A DNA stretch of 64,000 bases, from assembly GCA_964514595.1 (NCBI GenBank), contig CAZEQZ010000001.1, positions 267,847 to 331,846 of the forward strand, given 5' to 3'. This document shows positions 39,548 to 49,477 of this stretch, piece by piece. The stretch comes from an uncultured Candidatus Saccharibacteria bacterium. Lineage in GTDB: Bacteria; Patescibacteriota; Dojkabacteria; SC72. The first letter of the stretch is position 1; every line of letters begins with the position of its first letter. Below the pieces are notes generated by a model that had not been told where the DNA came from, searched no databases, and was given only the letters and a program-made list of their open reading frames with translations. Position numbers and translations under genes: made by a program.

Positions 39548-40972
39548 TTACTGGTTCAATACATCCTTAATAGTTACTATTTCAAATATCACGTCACTAT
39601 TTTTGTTTTTTATTGAACTACCGGTAATAATAGCAATTTTATCGGTTAAATCCAACTCTCCATGAGTATATATGGTTTGTATGGTTTTGAATATGCTTTC
39701 ATCTCTATCTTCTGAGAGGTCAGAAATATAGTATGTTTTGACACCTCTGTAGATAGAGTCATGCCTTATTCTTTTAATGGAAGGACTAACAGACCATATG
39801 GGGACATTTGGTCGATGTCTAGATAAGCTTGCGATAGTTCCATCGGTATCTGAGAAAACAGCAATACCTTTTAATTTTATACTCTCTGTTAATAGGCAAA
39901 CACTTTTACATATTTCATCTACCTCGTATGTTGTTGCAGTTTTGCCATATATTGTAGATAGTTGCATAACTTTCTCAGTAGTGATAGCTATTTTATTCAT
40001 TGTTCTAACAGCATCCAGAGGATTTTTGCCCGTTGATGTTTCCGCGGAAAGCATTAATGCATCTGCTCCATCCATAACAGAATTTGCTACATCTGAGACT
40101 TCGGCTCTTGTCGGTTGTTTGTTTTCTCTCATAGATTCAAGCATTTGGGTAGCTACTATGACTGGTTTGCCCTTAGCCCTGCATTTATAGATCATCTGCT
40201 TTTGCAGGATAGGGATATTCTCTAAAGGTGTTTCTACTCCTAAATCTCCTCTTGCTATCATTATCCCATCGGCTAGATCTAATATCTCATCGAAATGATC
40301 TATTCCTTCTTGGTTTTCAATCTTTGCAATTATTTTTATATCTGAGTCTTTTATTAATTCCTTAACGTTGAGTATATCTTGCGCATTTCTAACAAATGAT
40401 ATGGAAATAAAGTCGAGATTGTTTCTAATAGCAACTTCTATATCTTCCTTATCTTTTTCAGTAAGGGTTGGGAATTGTAAATTAATGTCTGGTATATTAA
40501 CTGTCTTATTAGGTTTTAGAATCCCTGATTGTATTACATCACATGATATAGAGGCGCCGTTTACTTCTCTCACCTTTAATTCTATTGTGCCATCATCAAG
40601 GAGTATTCTGGTTCCAACTACTACTGATAGATGGAGGTCTGGATATGATATTTTAATCTGATCATTAGAATTGCTATTAAAGGATGATATATTTACTTCT
40701 TTCTCAATTTTTAGGTCGTCTTTTAAATTGCTTACTCTTATCTTTGTGCCTTGAGTGTCTAGCATGATTGCTATCCTTGGTGATATCTCTCTTAAAGTTG
40801 TTGAGACTCTTTGTACCTCATCATTATCAGCAAAGGAAGCATTTATTCTGGCCATTTGCATTCCATTTCTAAACATGTCGCGTAAGATGTTTCTATCCCA
40901 AGTGGAAGGACCAATCGTGGCAATGATTTTTGTTTTAGCAATGCTATTCATCATGGGCAGTGTATGATACAA
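39548..40972 (-). CDS. pyk: Pyruvate kinase
   Basis: TKIIATIGPS, IAKIENQEG, DGIMIARGDLGVE, ATQMLESM, PTRAEVSDVAN, MLSAETS. Confidence 0.97.
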   Translation of the reverse strand: MYHTLPMMNSIAKTKIIATIGPSTWDRNILRDMFRNGMQMARINASFADNDEVQRVSTTLREISPRIAIMLDTQGTKIRVSNLKDDLKIEKEVNISSFNSNSNDQIKISYPDLHLSVVVGTRILLDDGTIELKVREVNGASISCDVIQSGILKPNKTVNIPDINLQFPTLTEKDKEDIEVAIRNNLDFISISFVRNAQDILNVKELIKDSDIKIIAKIENQEGIDHFDEILDLADGIMIARGDLGVETPLENIPILQKQMIYKCRAKGKPVIVATQMLESMRENKQPTRAEVSDVANSVMDGADALMLSAETSTGKNPLDAVRTMNKIAITTEKVMQLSTIYGKTATTYEVDEICKSVCLLTESIKLKGIAVFSDTDGTIASLSRHRPNVPIWSVSPSIKRIRHDSIYRGVKTYYISDLSEDRDESIFKTIQTIYTHGELDLTDKIAIITGSSIKNKNSDVIFEIVTIKDVLNQ

Positions 40973-41055
40973 AAGTATAGCAGAAATTTTGCTCTGATGT
41001 AATGAATATTCTACAGGACTACTACATAGAATATTAATATGCTATATTATTTGTA

Positions 41056-41463
41056 ATGAAAGATGGCTTAAGATCGTTATTGGTATACACGTTGATAATT
41101 TACTTTGTATTAAGCATTTTTGGAAAAGGTATTAGCTTACCCGAGAATCCCACCTATCTTATCTTAACGATACTTATGTTGAGCTTCACGGTTATGATAT
41201 CTTGCCCCCTATTAAGTTTTTTAACGGTTAAGTGTAAATTCCCAACATTTCTTTTAATGACAACGTTGCTTTTAATAGGAATATTCTATGTTTTAAAGCT
41301 GTTTATGATAGATTTCTATATAGATAGTTATACTTTTGAAGGTTTGGAATTGGGTACTATGCAGATAAAGAGTTTTGAAGTAGTACCTATGCTTTCTATT
41401 GTTTTGCTATCTGTTGTATGTTCATTTTTTTGTGCTATATACAGGGAATTGGATAGTAAGTAA
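41056..41463 (+). CDS. Four-TM membrane protein (DUF360/holin 4_2-like)
   Basis: Hydrophobic helices, PLLSFLT..FPT motif; upstream of secG. Confidence 0.65.
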   Translation: MKDGLRSLLVYTLIIYFVLSIFGKGISLPENPTYLILTILMLSFTVMISCPLLSFLTVKCKFPTFLLMTTLLLIGIFYVLKLFMIDFYIDSYTFEGLELGTMQIKSFEVVPMLSIVLLSVVCSFFCAIYRELDSK

Positions 41464-41492
41464 ATTAATAATACATAGTGTATAATAGCGGT

Positions 41493-41723
41493 ATGGATAA
41501 TTTAACAAGAACTTTGCTAATATCTCAGATAGTAGTTTGTACTATCTTGGTCGTCTCTATACTTCTTCAGAACAGAGCTGAAGGCTTAGGGAAGATGTTT
41601 GGTGGAGGGGGAGAAGTTTTTAGAACTAAAAGGGGATTGGAGAAATTCCTTTACTATTTTACAATTTTCCTAATTGCTGTATTAGTGATACTTTCTTTAG
41701 CCATACTTAAATATTCTGTTTAG
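41493..41723 (+). CDS. secG: Preprotein translocase subunit SecG
   Basis: ILLQNRAEGLG.MFGGG..FRTKRGLEK; two TMs. Confidence 0.92.
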   Translation: MDNLTRTLLISQIVVCTILVVSILLQNRAEGLGKMFGGGGEVFRTKRGLEKFLYYFTIFLIAVLVILSLAILKYSV

Positions 41724-41741
41724 GTTATATTCATACGATAT

Positions 41742-43523
41742 ATGAAAGATACTGTAAAAAAAGAAAGTAGATCTGAAATAAAGTCCTCGATGAAGGATGC
41801 TTTATCTTCCTTGGAATCGACGAACGGGAAAAAGGCCAAAAAGAAGAAAAAGGGCAAAGATTTTAGGGATATATTGTGGGACTATCCTATTTTTCTTAGT
41901 AAATTGTTTAAAAATTTGATTCCTTTAAGTTACATATTCCTTTTTGGAATTGTTGGTGTTGGAATATCTTTTATTTTAGAGTCAAATGTTATTGCGAGGA
42001 TACTCGATGACTCTACGACTAATGATACGTTCACAGAGGGAGCTGTTGGTGCTATCTCTACATTTAATCCTTTGTTTGTATCTGTTAATTATGTAGATAG
42101 GACTGTTCAGGAGTTAGTGTTTGATAGATTTGTGTATATAGATAAGGACGGTAATCCGCTTCCTGGAATTGCAAAGGAATGGAGTGTAAGTGAAGATAGG
42201 CTCAATTATGAATTTAAAATAGCGAATAATGTGTATTGGCATGATGGTAGTGAGCTTTCTGTAGATGATGTTATTTTCACTTTTAAAACTGCCAAAGCAC
42301 TATCTGAGGAATATGGATTTGACTCGGTAGGCATTTCACTAGTAGGTGTAGAGATTGAGAAGAAAAGTAAGAATGAAGTTGTGTTTAAATTGAAGGAACC
42401 GAATCCTACATTTTTTGAGGCAGTATCGTTATTTATTGTCCCGAAATCTCGTTTAGAGAATATAGACCTAGGACAGCTAGCTTTTGATATGTTTGCAAGA
42501 TATCCCATAGGGACAGGAAGATACAAGGTTACTAGAACTGAGCAAAATGCTGTCTATTTGACAGATAATTCTTTTGATAAATTTGAGCCTACTATTAGAA
42601 ATATTGTCTTTAAGATATTTCCTGACAAACAAAGTATGGAAATGTCTTTTAGAATAGGTGTTTTAGATGCTGTGGGGGGATGGGATTATGATTTGCTCAA
42701 ATTTACGGAGGAATACAGTAATCTTGAGAAGTATACGAAATCGGAAGAGTATAGAACTAAGCTACTGTTCTTTAATACAAGAAGAGATATGTATAAAGAG
42801 AAGGATATAAGGATAGGTTTGAACTATTTAATAGATAGAAAGAAGTTAGTAGAAGAATCTAATATACAAGGGAATATTCGATTGGGTTTGTTTCCAGAAA
42901 CTTCGTGGGTTTTCAATAATCAGTTAGAGTATTATAACTATAATCCAGAAAGGGCAGCCGAATATTTTAGTAATATTGGATTTACAAAAAATGAAGAAAG
43001 TGGATATTTTGAATCATCTAATCAAGAAATCTTATCCTTTACGATTAGCTATTTTGATAGTATCACAAATGAAAGATTGATTTCTTCATTAAAGGAGATA
43101 CTTAAGGAGGAAGGAGTAGTTCTTAAATCAGAGAAGCTTAATTACAATCAGATAACACAGGAGATTATAGCTACGAGAGATTTTGACATATTATTATACG
43201 AAATAGAAACCACTGTCGATCCAGACCAGTATAATTTGTGGCATTCTCTAAAATCCAATCATCCAGACCTTAATATATCTGGGTATAGTTATGAAAGAGT
43301 TGATATATTACTTGAGGATGCAAGAAAAACATCGGATAGGACTGTGAGAAAGCAGAAGTACGATCTATTTCAGAAGTATGTAATGGCAGATGCTCCGGTG
43401 GTGTTTTTATATAACCCAACCTTTTTCTATTTTGTAAAAAACAGTGTGGAAGGAATAGCCCTAGATGGTATTAATTACTCCTATGAGAGATTTCACAATG
43501 TTCAAAATTGGGAGCTTAAGTAA
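41742..43523 (+). CDS. Family 5 (peptide/nickel) ABC substrate-binding protein, TM-anchored, orphan
   Basis: FNPL, PGIAKEW, WHDG..LSVDDVIFT, PIGTGRY, YNPERA, DAPVVFLY. Confidence 0.9.
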   Translation: MKDTVKKESRSEIKSSMKDALSSLESTNGKKAKKKKKGKDFRDILWDYPIFLSKLFKNLIPLSYIFLFGIVGVGISFILESNVIARILDDSTTNDTFTEGAVGAISTFNPLFVSVNYVDRTVQELVFDRFVYIDKDGNPLPGIAKEWSVSEDRLNYEFKIANNVYWHDGSELSVDDVIFTFKTAKALSEEYGFDSVGISLVGVEIEKKSKNEVVFKLKEPNPTFFEAVSLFIVPKSRLENIDLGQLAFDMFARYPIGTGRYKVTRTEQNAVYLTDNSFDKFEPTIRNIVFKIFPDKQSMEMSFRIGVLDAVGGWDYDLLKFTEEYSNLEKYTKSEEYRTKLLFFNTRRDMYKEKDIRIGLNYLIDRKKLVEESNIQGNIRLGLFPETSWVFNNQLEYYNYNPERAAEYFSNIGFTKNEESGYFESSNQEILSFTISYFDSITNERLISSLKEILKEEGVVLKSEKLNYNQITQEIIATRDFDILLYEIETTVDPDQYNLWHSLKSNHPDLNISGYSYERVDILLEDARKTSDRTVRKQKYDLFQKYVMADAPVVFLYNPTFFYFVKNSVEGIALDGINYSYERFHNVQNWELK

Positions 43524-43526
43524 CCT

Positions 43527-43610
43527 TGCCAAGAGGGGGAGTTGAACCCCCACCCTATCACTAGGACTACGTTCTGAACGTAGCGTGTCTGCCAGTTTCA
43601 CCATCTTGGC
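43527..43610 (-). tRNA. tRNA-Leu(CAG), CCA not encoded
   Basis: GCCAAGA acceptor stem, CTACG-TTCAGAA-CGTAG anticodon arm, variable arm, GGTTCAACTCC; TGaTAGAAT promoter upstream. Confidence 0.95.
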
Positions 43611-43633
43611 TCCACGCATATTCTATCACGAAA

Positions 43634-44776
43634 CTAATCTTTTGAGGTCACAGTTACTTTAATATTTTCTTTTTCTTCCCCCTTCTCATCATCAGGATCA
43701 AACATCTTGAAATCCTTAAGAAAATCTATTTTAGTGACGATGCGCTCTTCCTTCTTCTTTTCTTCTTTTATAGGCTTTTTTTCTTCCTTCTTAGGTTCTG
43801 ATTGAGACAGCTTTTCTTTTAATGTTATATCTTTATTACTTTTCCCATTCTCAGAAATCTTTTTTTCTAAGAATTTAATTTTCTTCTCTTCTAAATTATT
43901 TTTAAACAAGGAGAACAGCAAAAATGAAAGAACAAAACCTAATGTGAAGGTGGCAATTATCAGTATGACTAAATCCATGTTGTTAGATATAATTGAATTA
44001 ATATCTGAAAAGGCTATATCCTTAAATTTAAAATGAATATCTTTTTTGCCATTACTAAATAGGATATTTTGTGATTGACCCAATTCGAATGTGACAGATT
44101 CTGCTAAATTACTTGCATACCCATATCTCCTTGTATACCCAGTAAAAGTTATGAGCCCCTCAGAAAGTTCGTCCTTACTGATTTTGAATTCCCAATTACC
44201 ATCTCCATCTATAATATCTTCTTTGGTAAATATCTTTCTGCTTGTTGAGAGAATTAGCATAATTTCTGAATTTGAAAGTCCCGTTCCAGAAATGATTAAA
44301 AATTCCTCTTCCACAGAGGGGGAATTAATAATAGGTGGTCTTGGTATCACAACGATATCCTTCTCTAGTATTTGAGTAGCTCCATATTTATCTACAAATT
44401 TAAATCTTAGTTCATGTTTTCCTATACTTAGAGCGGGGAGGGAATATGGGCTCGTTATATCTTGAAAACTTTTCCCATCTATTTCCAACTGAACACCTTT
44501 CCTCTCTTCTGAAGGGTCAATAAATGTAATTATGTGGCTAGGATTATCTGTAATTTCTGGGATATTCAAAAGTAATTGGTTCAGGAAGTCCCCTTCTCTT
44601 TCAGCTTCCTTCTGATCTAGTTCCTCTATATTACTATTCCCTTCAGTATCTCCCAAAATGTCTGAGGTGGAAAGTTGTTGTGCTGAGATAAAAGAAAGAG
44701 TTGTTAAAAGAAAAAAGAGAGCAAATAAAGCTTTGGTAGATATTTTCATTGTTGGACAGTTAAACTTATTTAACAT
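43634..44776 (-). CDS. Type I membrane protein with Ig-like extracellular domains (start probably 44749)
   Basis: Signal peptide, beta-rich GKHELRF and ISGTG..DGDGNWEF segments, TM, charged tail. Confidence 0.7.
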   Translation of the reverse strand: MLNKFNCPTMKISTKALFALFFLLTTLSFISAQQLSTSDILGDTEGNSNIEELDQKEAEREGDFLNQLLLNIPEITDNPSHIITFIDPSEERKGVQLEIDGKSFQDITSPYSLPALSIGKHELRFKFVDKYGATQILEKDIVVIPRPPIINSPSVEEEFLIISGTGLSNSEIMLILSTSRKIFTKEDIIDGDGNWEFKISKDELSEGLITFTGYTRRYGYASNLAESVTFELGQSQNILFSNGKKDIHFKFKDIAFSDINSIISNNMDLVILIIATFTLGFVLSFLLFSLFKNNLEEKKIKFLEKKISENGKSNKDITLKEKLSQSEPKKEEKKPIKEEKKKEERIVTKIDFLKDFKMFDPDDEKGEEKENIKVTVTSKD

Positions 44777-44781
44777 ACTAT

Positions 44782-45270
44782 CTATTCTATTCTATCAATG
44801 AAAAGAATTCCATCCAAGTGATCTAGTTCATGTTGTATTGATACAGCATTTAAATCTTTATACTTTCCTGATTTATAATTCCCATCCTTATCTTGATATT
44901 TAATCTTTATCTTTTGGTAACGCATAACATCTTCTTCTTTTCCAGGGACACTAAGACAACCCTCTCTTGTTACTGTTTTTGTATAGCCTAATGGAGTTAT
45001 CTCAGGATTAATGAATAGTTGCCATTTATCAGTATCATAGTTAAGAGTGTAGAAAATTCTTTTATTAACACCAACCTGAGGAGCAGCAATTCCTCCAGCA
45101 GGGACATTTCCTTGCTCTTCGCTATGTTGTGCAGTGAAGAGAAGATCTTCTAAAAATTGTTGGAAAGATTTAAGCTTAAATTCATCATTTTTTACAGGAA
45201 GACTCTTTTGTCTAAGAAAATCCTCCTCTTTCTTATCTTCTATTGTATATATTTTTAATTGTTTTGCCAT
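44782..45270 (-). CDS. def: Peptide deformylase
   Basis: GIAAPQVG, EGCLS, QHELDHLDG. Confidence 0.96.
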   Translation of the reverse strand: MAKQLKIYTIEDKKEEDFLRQKSLPVKNDEFKLKSFQQFLEDLLFTAQHSEEQGNVPAGGIAAPQVGVNKRIFYTLNYDTDKWQLFINPEITPLGYTKTVTREGCLSVPGKEEDVMRYQKIKIKYQDKDGNYKSGKYKDLNAVSIQHELDHLDGILFIDRIE

Positions 45271-45353
45271 CGTAAAAAGTATATCATATTTTAATTTTGT
45301 AATGATTTTGTAAAAAAATATATTTACAATACTAAAGCAGGCTTAAATATTAC

Positions 45354-46634
45354 GTGGAGAGAATGACTCCCGAAAATGATGAAGATCAGTACTTAAATGA
45401 ACTGAAATGCTGTCTGATAAAGAGTTTGTGTGAAATATTAATATACACATTTGTGCCTTTTTTCCTTCTCTATTTTTTGAGATATCTATATTTAGGAACA
45501 GAGTACTCTTTTTTAATAAGCGTAGGGATATTAGCGGCAATATTAATTTTAGTGTATGTGAGATGTTTTCTGTCTAATAGAAATCTTCTCATAGGTTCTT
45601 TTGTTTTAGTTTTAATTTTTTTCTTTTTAGCACTCTTTTTTCTTATTACCAGAACTTTATTTTTAGAATTATCGTTAATTGCTTTTCTCCTAGCCTTTGT
45701 CACATCACTGTTTCTGTTGAGCGAAGGGGTTGCATTTATACTGTTTTCTATATTCTTTGTCCTATTTACTTTATATGTTACTTTAGAACCAAATCAGTTA
45801 TTAGATATTATTGATTATGAATCTGAATTATGTCTTCAATTAAAAACATATTGGATGTTTCTATTATTAATGTATTTGATTTATAAAGGAACAGTAATCA
45901 TGAAGCAGTGTTACCATGTACATATTTCTGCCACACAAAAATACAAATCATTAGCATTAATAGAATACGAGCACAGATTATTAGGCAAGGTATCCAAATG
46001 TATTCTCCACGATATTGCGACACCACTTAGTGTCATTGGGGGAAGTATAAAATTGTTAAGTGCAAAAAATCAAACCAAAAAAGAGAAAGAGAGCATTAAG
46101 AGTTCTGCCTATAATTCTCTTAATTATTTAGAATCAATTCTAGATAATTCTCTTAATCTTCTAAGAGATAATCGTAGGATTGATGTATTTAATCCAGATT
46201 TAGTTATTAAGGAAATGTTAAGAATGGTTGATATTAGAATAAAGAAATCTAATATATTTATTATGAAATCGTTATTAGCAGATTGCAAAATAAATGGGAA
46301 TAAAGCTTCTTTCTCTAGAGTTTTTCTTAACGTAATAATTAATTCCATAGAGGAACTGGAAAACTTATCTAATATAAAGAAAATGATAACTCTAGAGTCC
46401 TGCGTCTCTCAAAATAACTATGTATTAAAAATAGTTGATAGTGGAAATGGAATTAAGGATGGTATTGTTGAAAACCTGTCAAGAGGACACATCTCTACAA
46501 AGGATGGTTGTCATTCAGGCTTAGGTTTGTATTTTGTTTTCACTACGATTGAAGAAGAATTTAATGGGGAAGTAAAAATAATAAGTAAGAAGAATCGTTA
46601 TACGAAAGTTATACTTTCTATCCCGTTAGGATGA
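45354..46634 (+). CDS. Membrane sensor histidine kinase
   Basis: About 5-6 TMs; H box LHDIATPL, N box NVIINS, DSGNGI, GLGL. Confidence 0.9.
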   Translation: MERMTPENDEDQYLNELKCCLIKSLCEILIYTFVPFFLLYFLRYLYLGTEYSFLISVGILAAILILVYVRCFLSNRNLLIGSFVLVLIFFFLALFFLITRTLFLELSLIAFLLAFVTSLFLLSEGVAFILFSIFFVLFTLYVTLEPNQLLDIIDYESELCLQLKTYWMFLLLMYLIYKGTVIMKQCYHVHISATQKYKSLALIEYEHRLLGKVSKCILHDIATPLSVIGGSIKLLSAKNQTKKEKESIKSSAYNSLNYLESILDNSLNLLRDNRRIDVFNPDLVIKEMLRMVDIRIKKSNIFIMKSLLADCKINGNKASFSRVFLNVIINSIEELENLSNIKKMITLESCVSQNNYVLKIVDSGNGIKDGIVENLSRGHISTKDGCHSGLGLYFVFTTIEEEFNGEVKIISKKNRYTKVILSIPLG

Positions 46635-47333
46635 TTTTGTAGTAATATTATTTAAATACTTTGGGTTTATGCTATATCCACTTTTATTAATTGTTTTAAT
46701 TATTGAATCTGTTGGTTTCTCTTCGAGCTTTTTTCTAATCCTACTAATCATAGTATCTACACAACTCTCATTTTGTTCCCGATAATAATTCATTAAGGTA
46801 GCGATTATTTTCTCCCTTGAGAAGATCTCTCCATTTGAATTAAAAAGCATTAATAAAAAATCAAACTCTGTTTTAGTAAAGTATACCTTTTTATTTTCCT
46901 TCCTAAATATATTCTTACTTATATCTATATAAATATTTTGGCTTTTAATAATCCTATGTGTATCTGCCTCCTTTAGTAATGTAGAGATTTGAGCAAGTAA
47001 TATTTCAAATTTAATAGGCTTACTATGAAAAATATTTGCTTTGAATTGGAAAGTGGCTAATTCTGTATTGTTAGTATTATCTCCAGTTATAACTATAATA
47101 GGTTTATTATTAACCTTTCTTATTTCACTAACTATTTGTAATCCAGTTATATCTGGAAGGCCAATATCAACAATAATAAGTTGGTATTTGTTGGATAATG
47201 CCATTTTTAATCCCTTGTGTCCTTCATATACGTATTCAACGTAGTAACCGTTAGAAAGAAGGAATTTGCTTAAGATCATTGCCAAATTAGCATCATCTTC
47301 AATTAGAAGTATTCTATGCTTTGATCTTTTCAT
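46626..47333 (-). CDS. OmpR-family response regulator
   Basis: LLIEDD, IVDIGLPD, ITG, KPI; wHTH FTKTEF...VDTMISRIRKKL...SGY. Confidence 0.93.
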   Translation of the reverse strand: MKRSKHRILLIEDDANLAMILSKFLLSNGYYVEYVYEGHKGLKMALSNKYQLIIVDIGLPDITGLQIVSEIRKVNNKPIIVITGDNTNNTELATFQFKANIFHSKPIKFEILLAQISTLLKEADTHRIIKSQNIYIDISKNIFRKENKKVYFTKTEFDFLLMLFNSNGEIFSREKIIATLMNYYREQNESCVDTMISRIRKKLEEKPTDSIIKTINKSGYSINPKYLNNITTKSS

Positions 47334-47400
47334 ATGATAAATATATATTAAAAATCTTACTAAAACATTACAATTGAAAAAGAATAGTTATTAAAGTATT

Positions 47401-48078
47401 ATGGAAACTGTGTCTAAATATATAGAAATAAAAAACTTAGAAAGGGTATATAAACCCGGAAAGCAAATAGAAGTGGAGGCTTTAAGGGGCTTAAACTTTG
47501 ATGTGGAGAAAGGTGAGTTAATATCATTAGTGGGAAGCTCTGGTTCTGGTAAGTCCACATTCCTGAATATATTGGGAGGTTTAGATTGGAGTTACAAGGG
47601 TGAAGTTATAGTAGACGGAAAGGATATGAGAGAGTACAATCCAGACTTTTACAGACGATTTATAGTTGGAACAGTATTTCAGCAATTTCATCTAGTTCCC
47701 TCGTTAAATGTTGAAGAAAATATTCTTCTTCCTACTAGATTTAAAAGGAGGGTGAGTAAAGAAGAGTTAAATAGAAGATTAAACTATATATTAGAAGCAA
47801 CTGGGCTTGAAGATAGAAGAAATCATTATCCCAATGAGCTCTCAGGGGGGCAAGCTCAGAGAGTTGCGATAGCTAGGGCTATCATAGATAGTCCAAAGAT
47901 TGTATTAGCAGACGAACCAACAGGGAATCTGGACAGTAAAACGGGAGAGGCCATATTAAGTCTCTTAAGAGAGCTTAATAAGAAAGAAAACATTACTACA
48001 ATAATAGTGACACATGATAAAAATATTTCGCAAAAAACAGACAGAAGTATAACTTTAGTAGATGGAAAGAATGTTTAG
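47401..48078 (+). CDS. ABC transporter ATP-binding protein (LolD/MacB type)
   Basis: GSSGSGKS, LSGGQAQRVAIARA, LADEPTGNLD, VTHD. Confidence 0.95.
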   Translation: METVSKYIEIKNLERVYKPGKQIEVEALRGLNFDVEKGELISLVGSSGSGKSTFLNILGGLDWSYKGEVIVDGKDMREYNPDFYRRFIVGTVFQQFHLVPSLNVEENILLPTRFKRRVSKEELNRRLNYILEATGLEDRRNHYPNELSGGQAQRVAIARAIIDSPKIVLADEPTGNLDSKTGEAILSLLRELNKKENITTIIVTHDKNISQKTDRSITLVDGKNV

Positions 48079-49351
48079 GTATGCAATCCAATTAACATTA
48101 AGGAGAAAACTCAGAACATTTCTGACTAGCTTAGGAATAATGATAGCTGTAATGTTAATGACGTTCATCCTTTTTGGAATGTCTGATCTAAAAACGGCGG
48201 TTATTGGAGAATTCAGTGATAGATTCTCTCCACAGGATCTGTATGTTTCAGGTAGAGATATGCTTATGTTTGGAGGTATGAGAACTGCCCCAACTAAAGA
48301 AGATAGCGAAAAAGGTGAAGTAATATTGACGCAAGAGATAAAAGAAAGAATAGAAGATTTAGAAGGAGTACAATCTGTTGATCCTATATTTAATATAACC
48401 AATATAGATGTTTATTTGGATGGTGATAGTATCCCCTACCCCATGAAATTTGTTGGAGGATCTGATTTACCAGGTAATCACCAAATGTATAATGGATTCT
48501 ATGGGGAAGATGACAGACTTAATGATGGAGAAATTTTTGTCAGTGATTTTGTTGTAAGTTTTTTTGAAACAACTAAAGAGGAAATAATTGGGAAAAAGAT
48601 GATAATAAAAAGTTCTTCTAGTGGATTACTGTTTACTGTAGCTACAAAGAGTATGATAGATAAACAATTCGAATTCACTGTAAAAGGGGTTACCCAGTCT
48701 GGGAATGATGCATTCTTTGTTAACAATAATGAAGCTTTGATGATATTAGTTGATTTAGGAGGATTTGAGAATGGAGAAGAATATATTCAGACTATCGGGT
48801 TTGATCAGTTTCTTGTTACTACAAGAGAAGAAGAAACAGCAAATGTGGAAAGATACTTGGTGGATGAGCTGTCTCTTTCTGTTATTTCAACAGAGACCTT
48901 ATTAAGCTTTCTTGATACTTTAACTTCAGGTCTTACAATTGCTTTAGTTATATTTGGCTCGATATCAGCACTAGTTGCATCGATAGGGATAATAAACACA
49001 ATGGTAATGAGTATCTATGAACAAACTAAGGAGATAGGAATAATCAAAGCTATGGGAGCTTCAAATACACAAGTTTTACTTATCTTCTTAATACAATCCG
49101 GAATAATCGGCTTTATAGGAGGATTTTTAGGTCTTCTTGTTACCTACCTTGTGATGAGGATAGCGGATCCATTCGTAGTTAACATACTAAAAGAGCAAGG
49201 ATTCTCATCTCTTAATACATTCTTTAATTTCCAACCACTAAACGCTTTATACATTACCATTGGAAGTATAGTTGTAGGGATAATTGCCGGGATATATCCT
49301 GCGAGAAAAGCGTCGAATATAGATCCAATACAAGCATTGAGATACGATTAG
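48062..49351 (+). CDS. ABC transporter permease (MacB/FtsX family)
   Basis: RTFLTSLGI, GIINTMVMSIYEQTKEIGIIKAMGA, GIYPARKAS.IDPIQALRY. Confidence 0.93.
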   Translation: MERMFRYAIQLTLRRKLRTFLTSLGIMIAVMLMTFILFGMSDLKTAVIGEFSDRFSPQDLYVSGRDMLMFGGMRTAPTKEDSEKGEVILTQEIKERIEDLEGVQSVDPIFNITNIDVYLDGDSIPYPMKFVGGSDLPGNHQMYNGFYGEDDRLNDGEIFVSDFVVSFFETTKEEIIGKKMIIKSSSSGLLFTVATKSMIDKQFEFTVKGVTQSGNDAFFVNNNEALMILVDLGGFENGEEYIQTIGFDQFLVTTREEETANVERYLVDELSLSVISTETLLSFLDTLTSGLTIALVIFGSISALVASIGIINTMVMSIYEQTKEIGIIKAMGASNTQVLLIFLIQSGIIGFIGGFLGLLVTYLVMRIADPFVVNILKEQGFSSLNTFFNFQPLNALYITIGSIVVGIIAGIYPARKASNIDPIQALRYD

Positions 49352-49474
49352 TTATTCTTCCTCTTCTTCCTTTCTTTCAGTAGGATTACCATCATTTTCA
49401 GGTAGAATGACTGCCATAAGAAGAAGTATAACAATCACTGTAACAAAAACACCTATTGTTATTAAAAACCCCAT
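49352..49474 (-). CDS. Small TM peptide with acidic tail (40 aa, MGFLITIGVFVTVIVILLLMAVILPENDGNPTERKEEEEE)
   Basis: Read manually; starts 3 nt after the subtilase stop and fills the gap exactly. Confidence 0.55.
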   Translation of the reverse strand: MGFLITIGVFVTVIVILLLMAVILPENDGNPTERKEEEEE

Positions 49475-49477
49475 ATT

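Noticed and set aside
41056-41463. Holin-like gene as a prophage sign
   Set aside because: DUF360-like proteins are cellular; no phage genes nearby
39260-43610. tRNA genes as integration sites
   Set aside because: No duplicated tRNA 3' ends or integrase seen in the window
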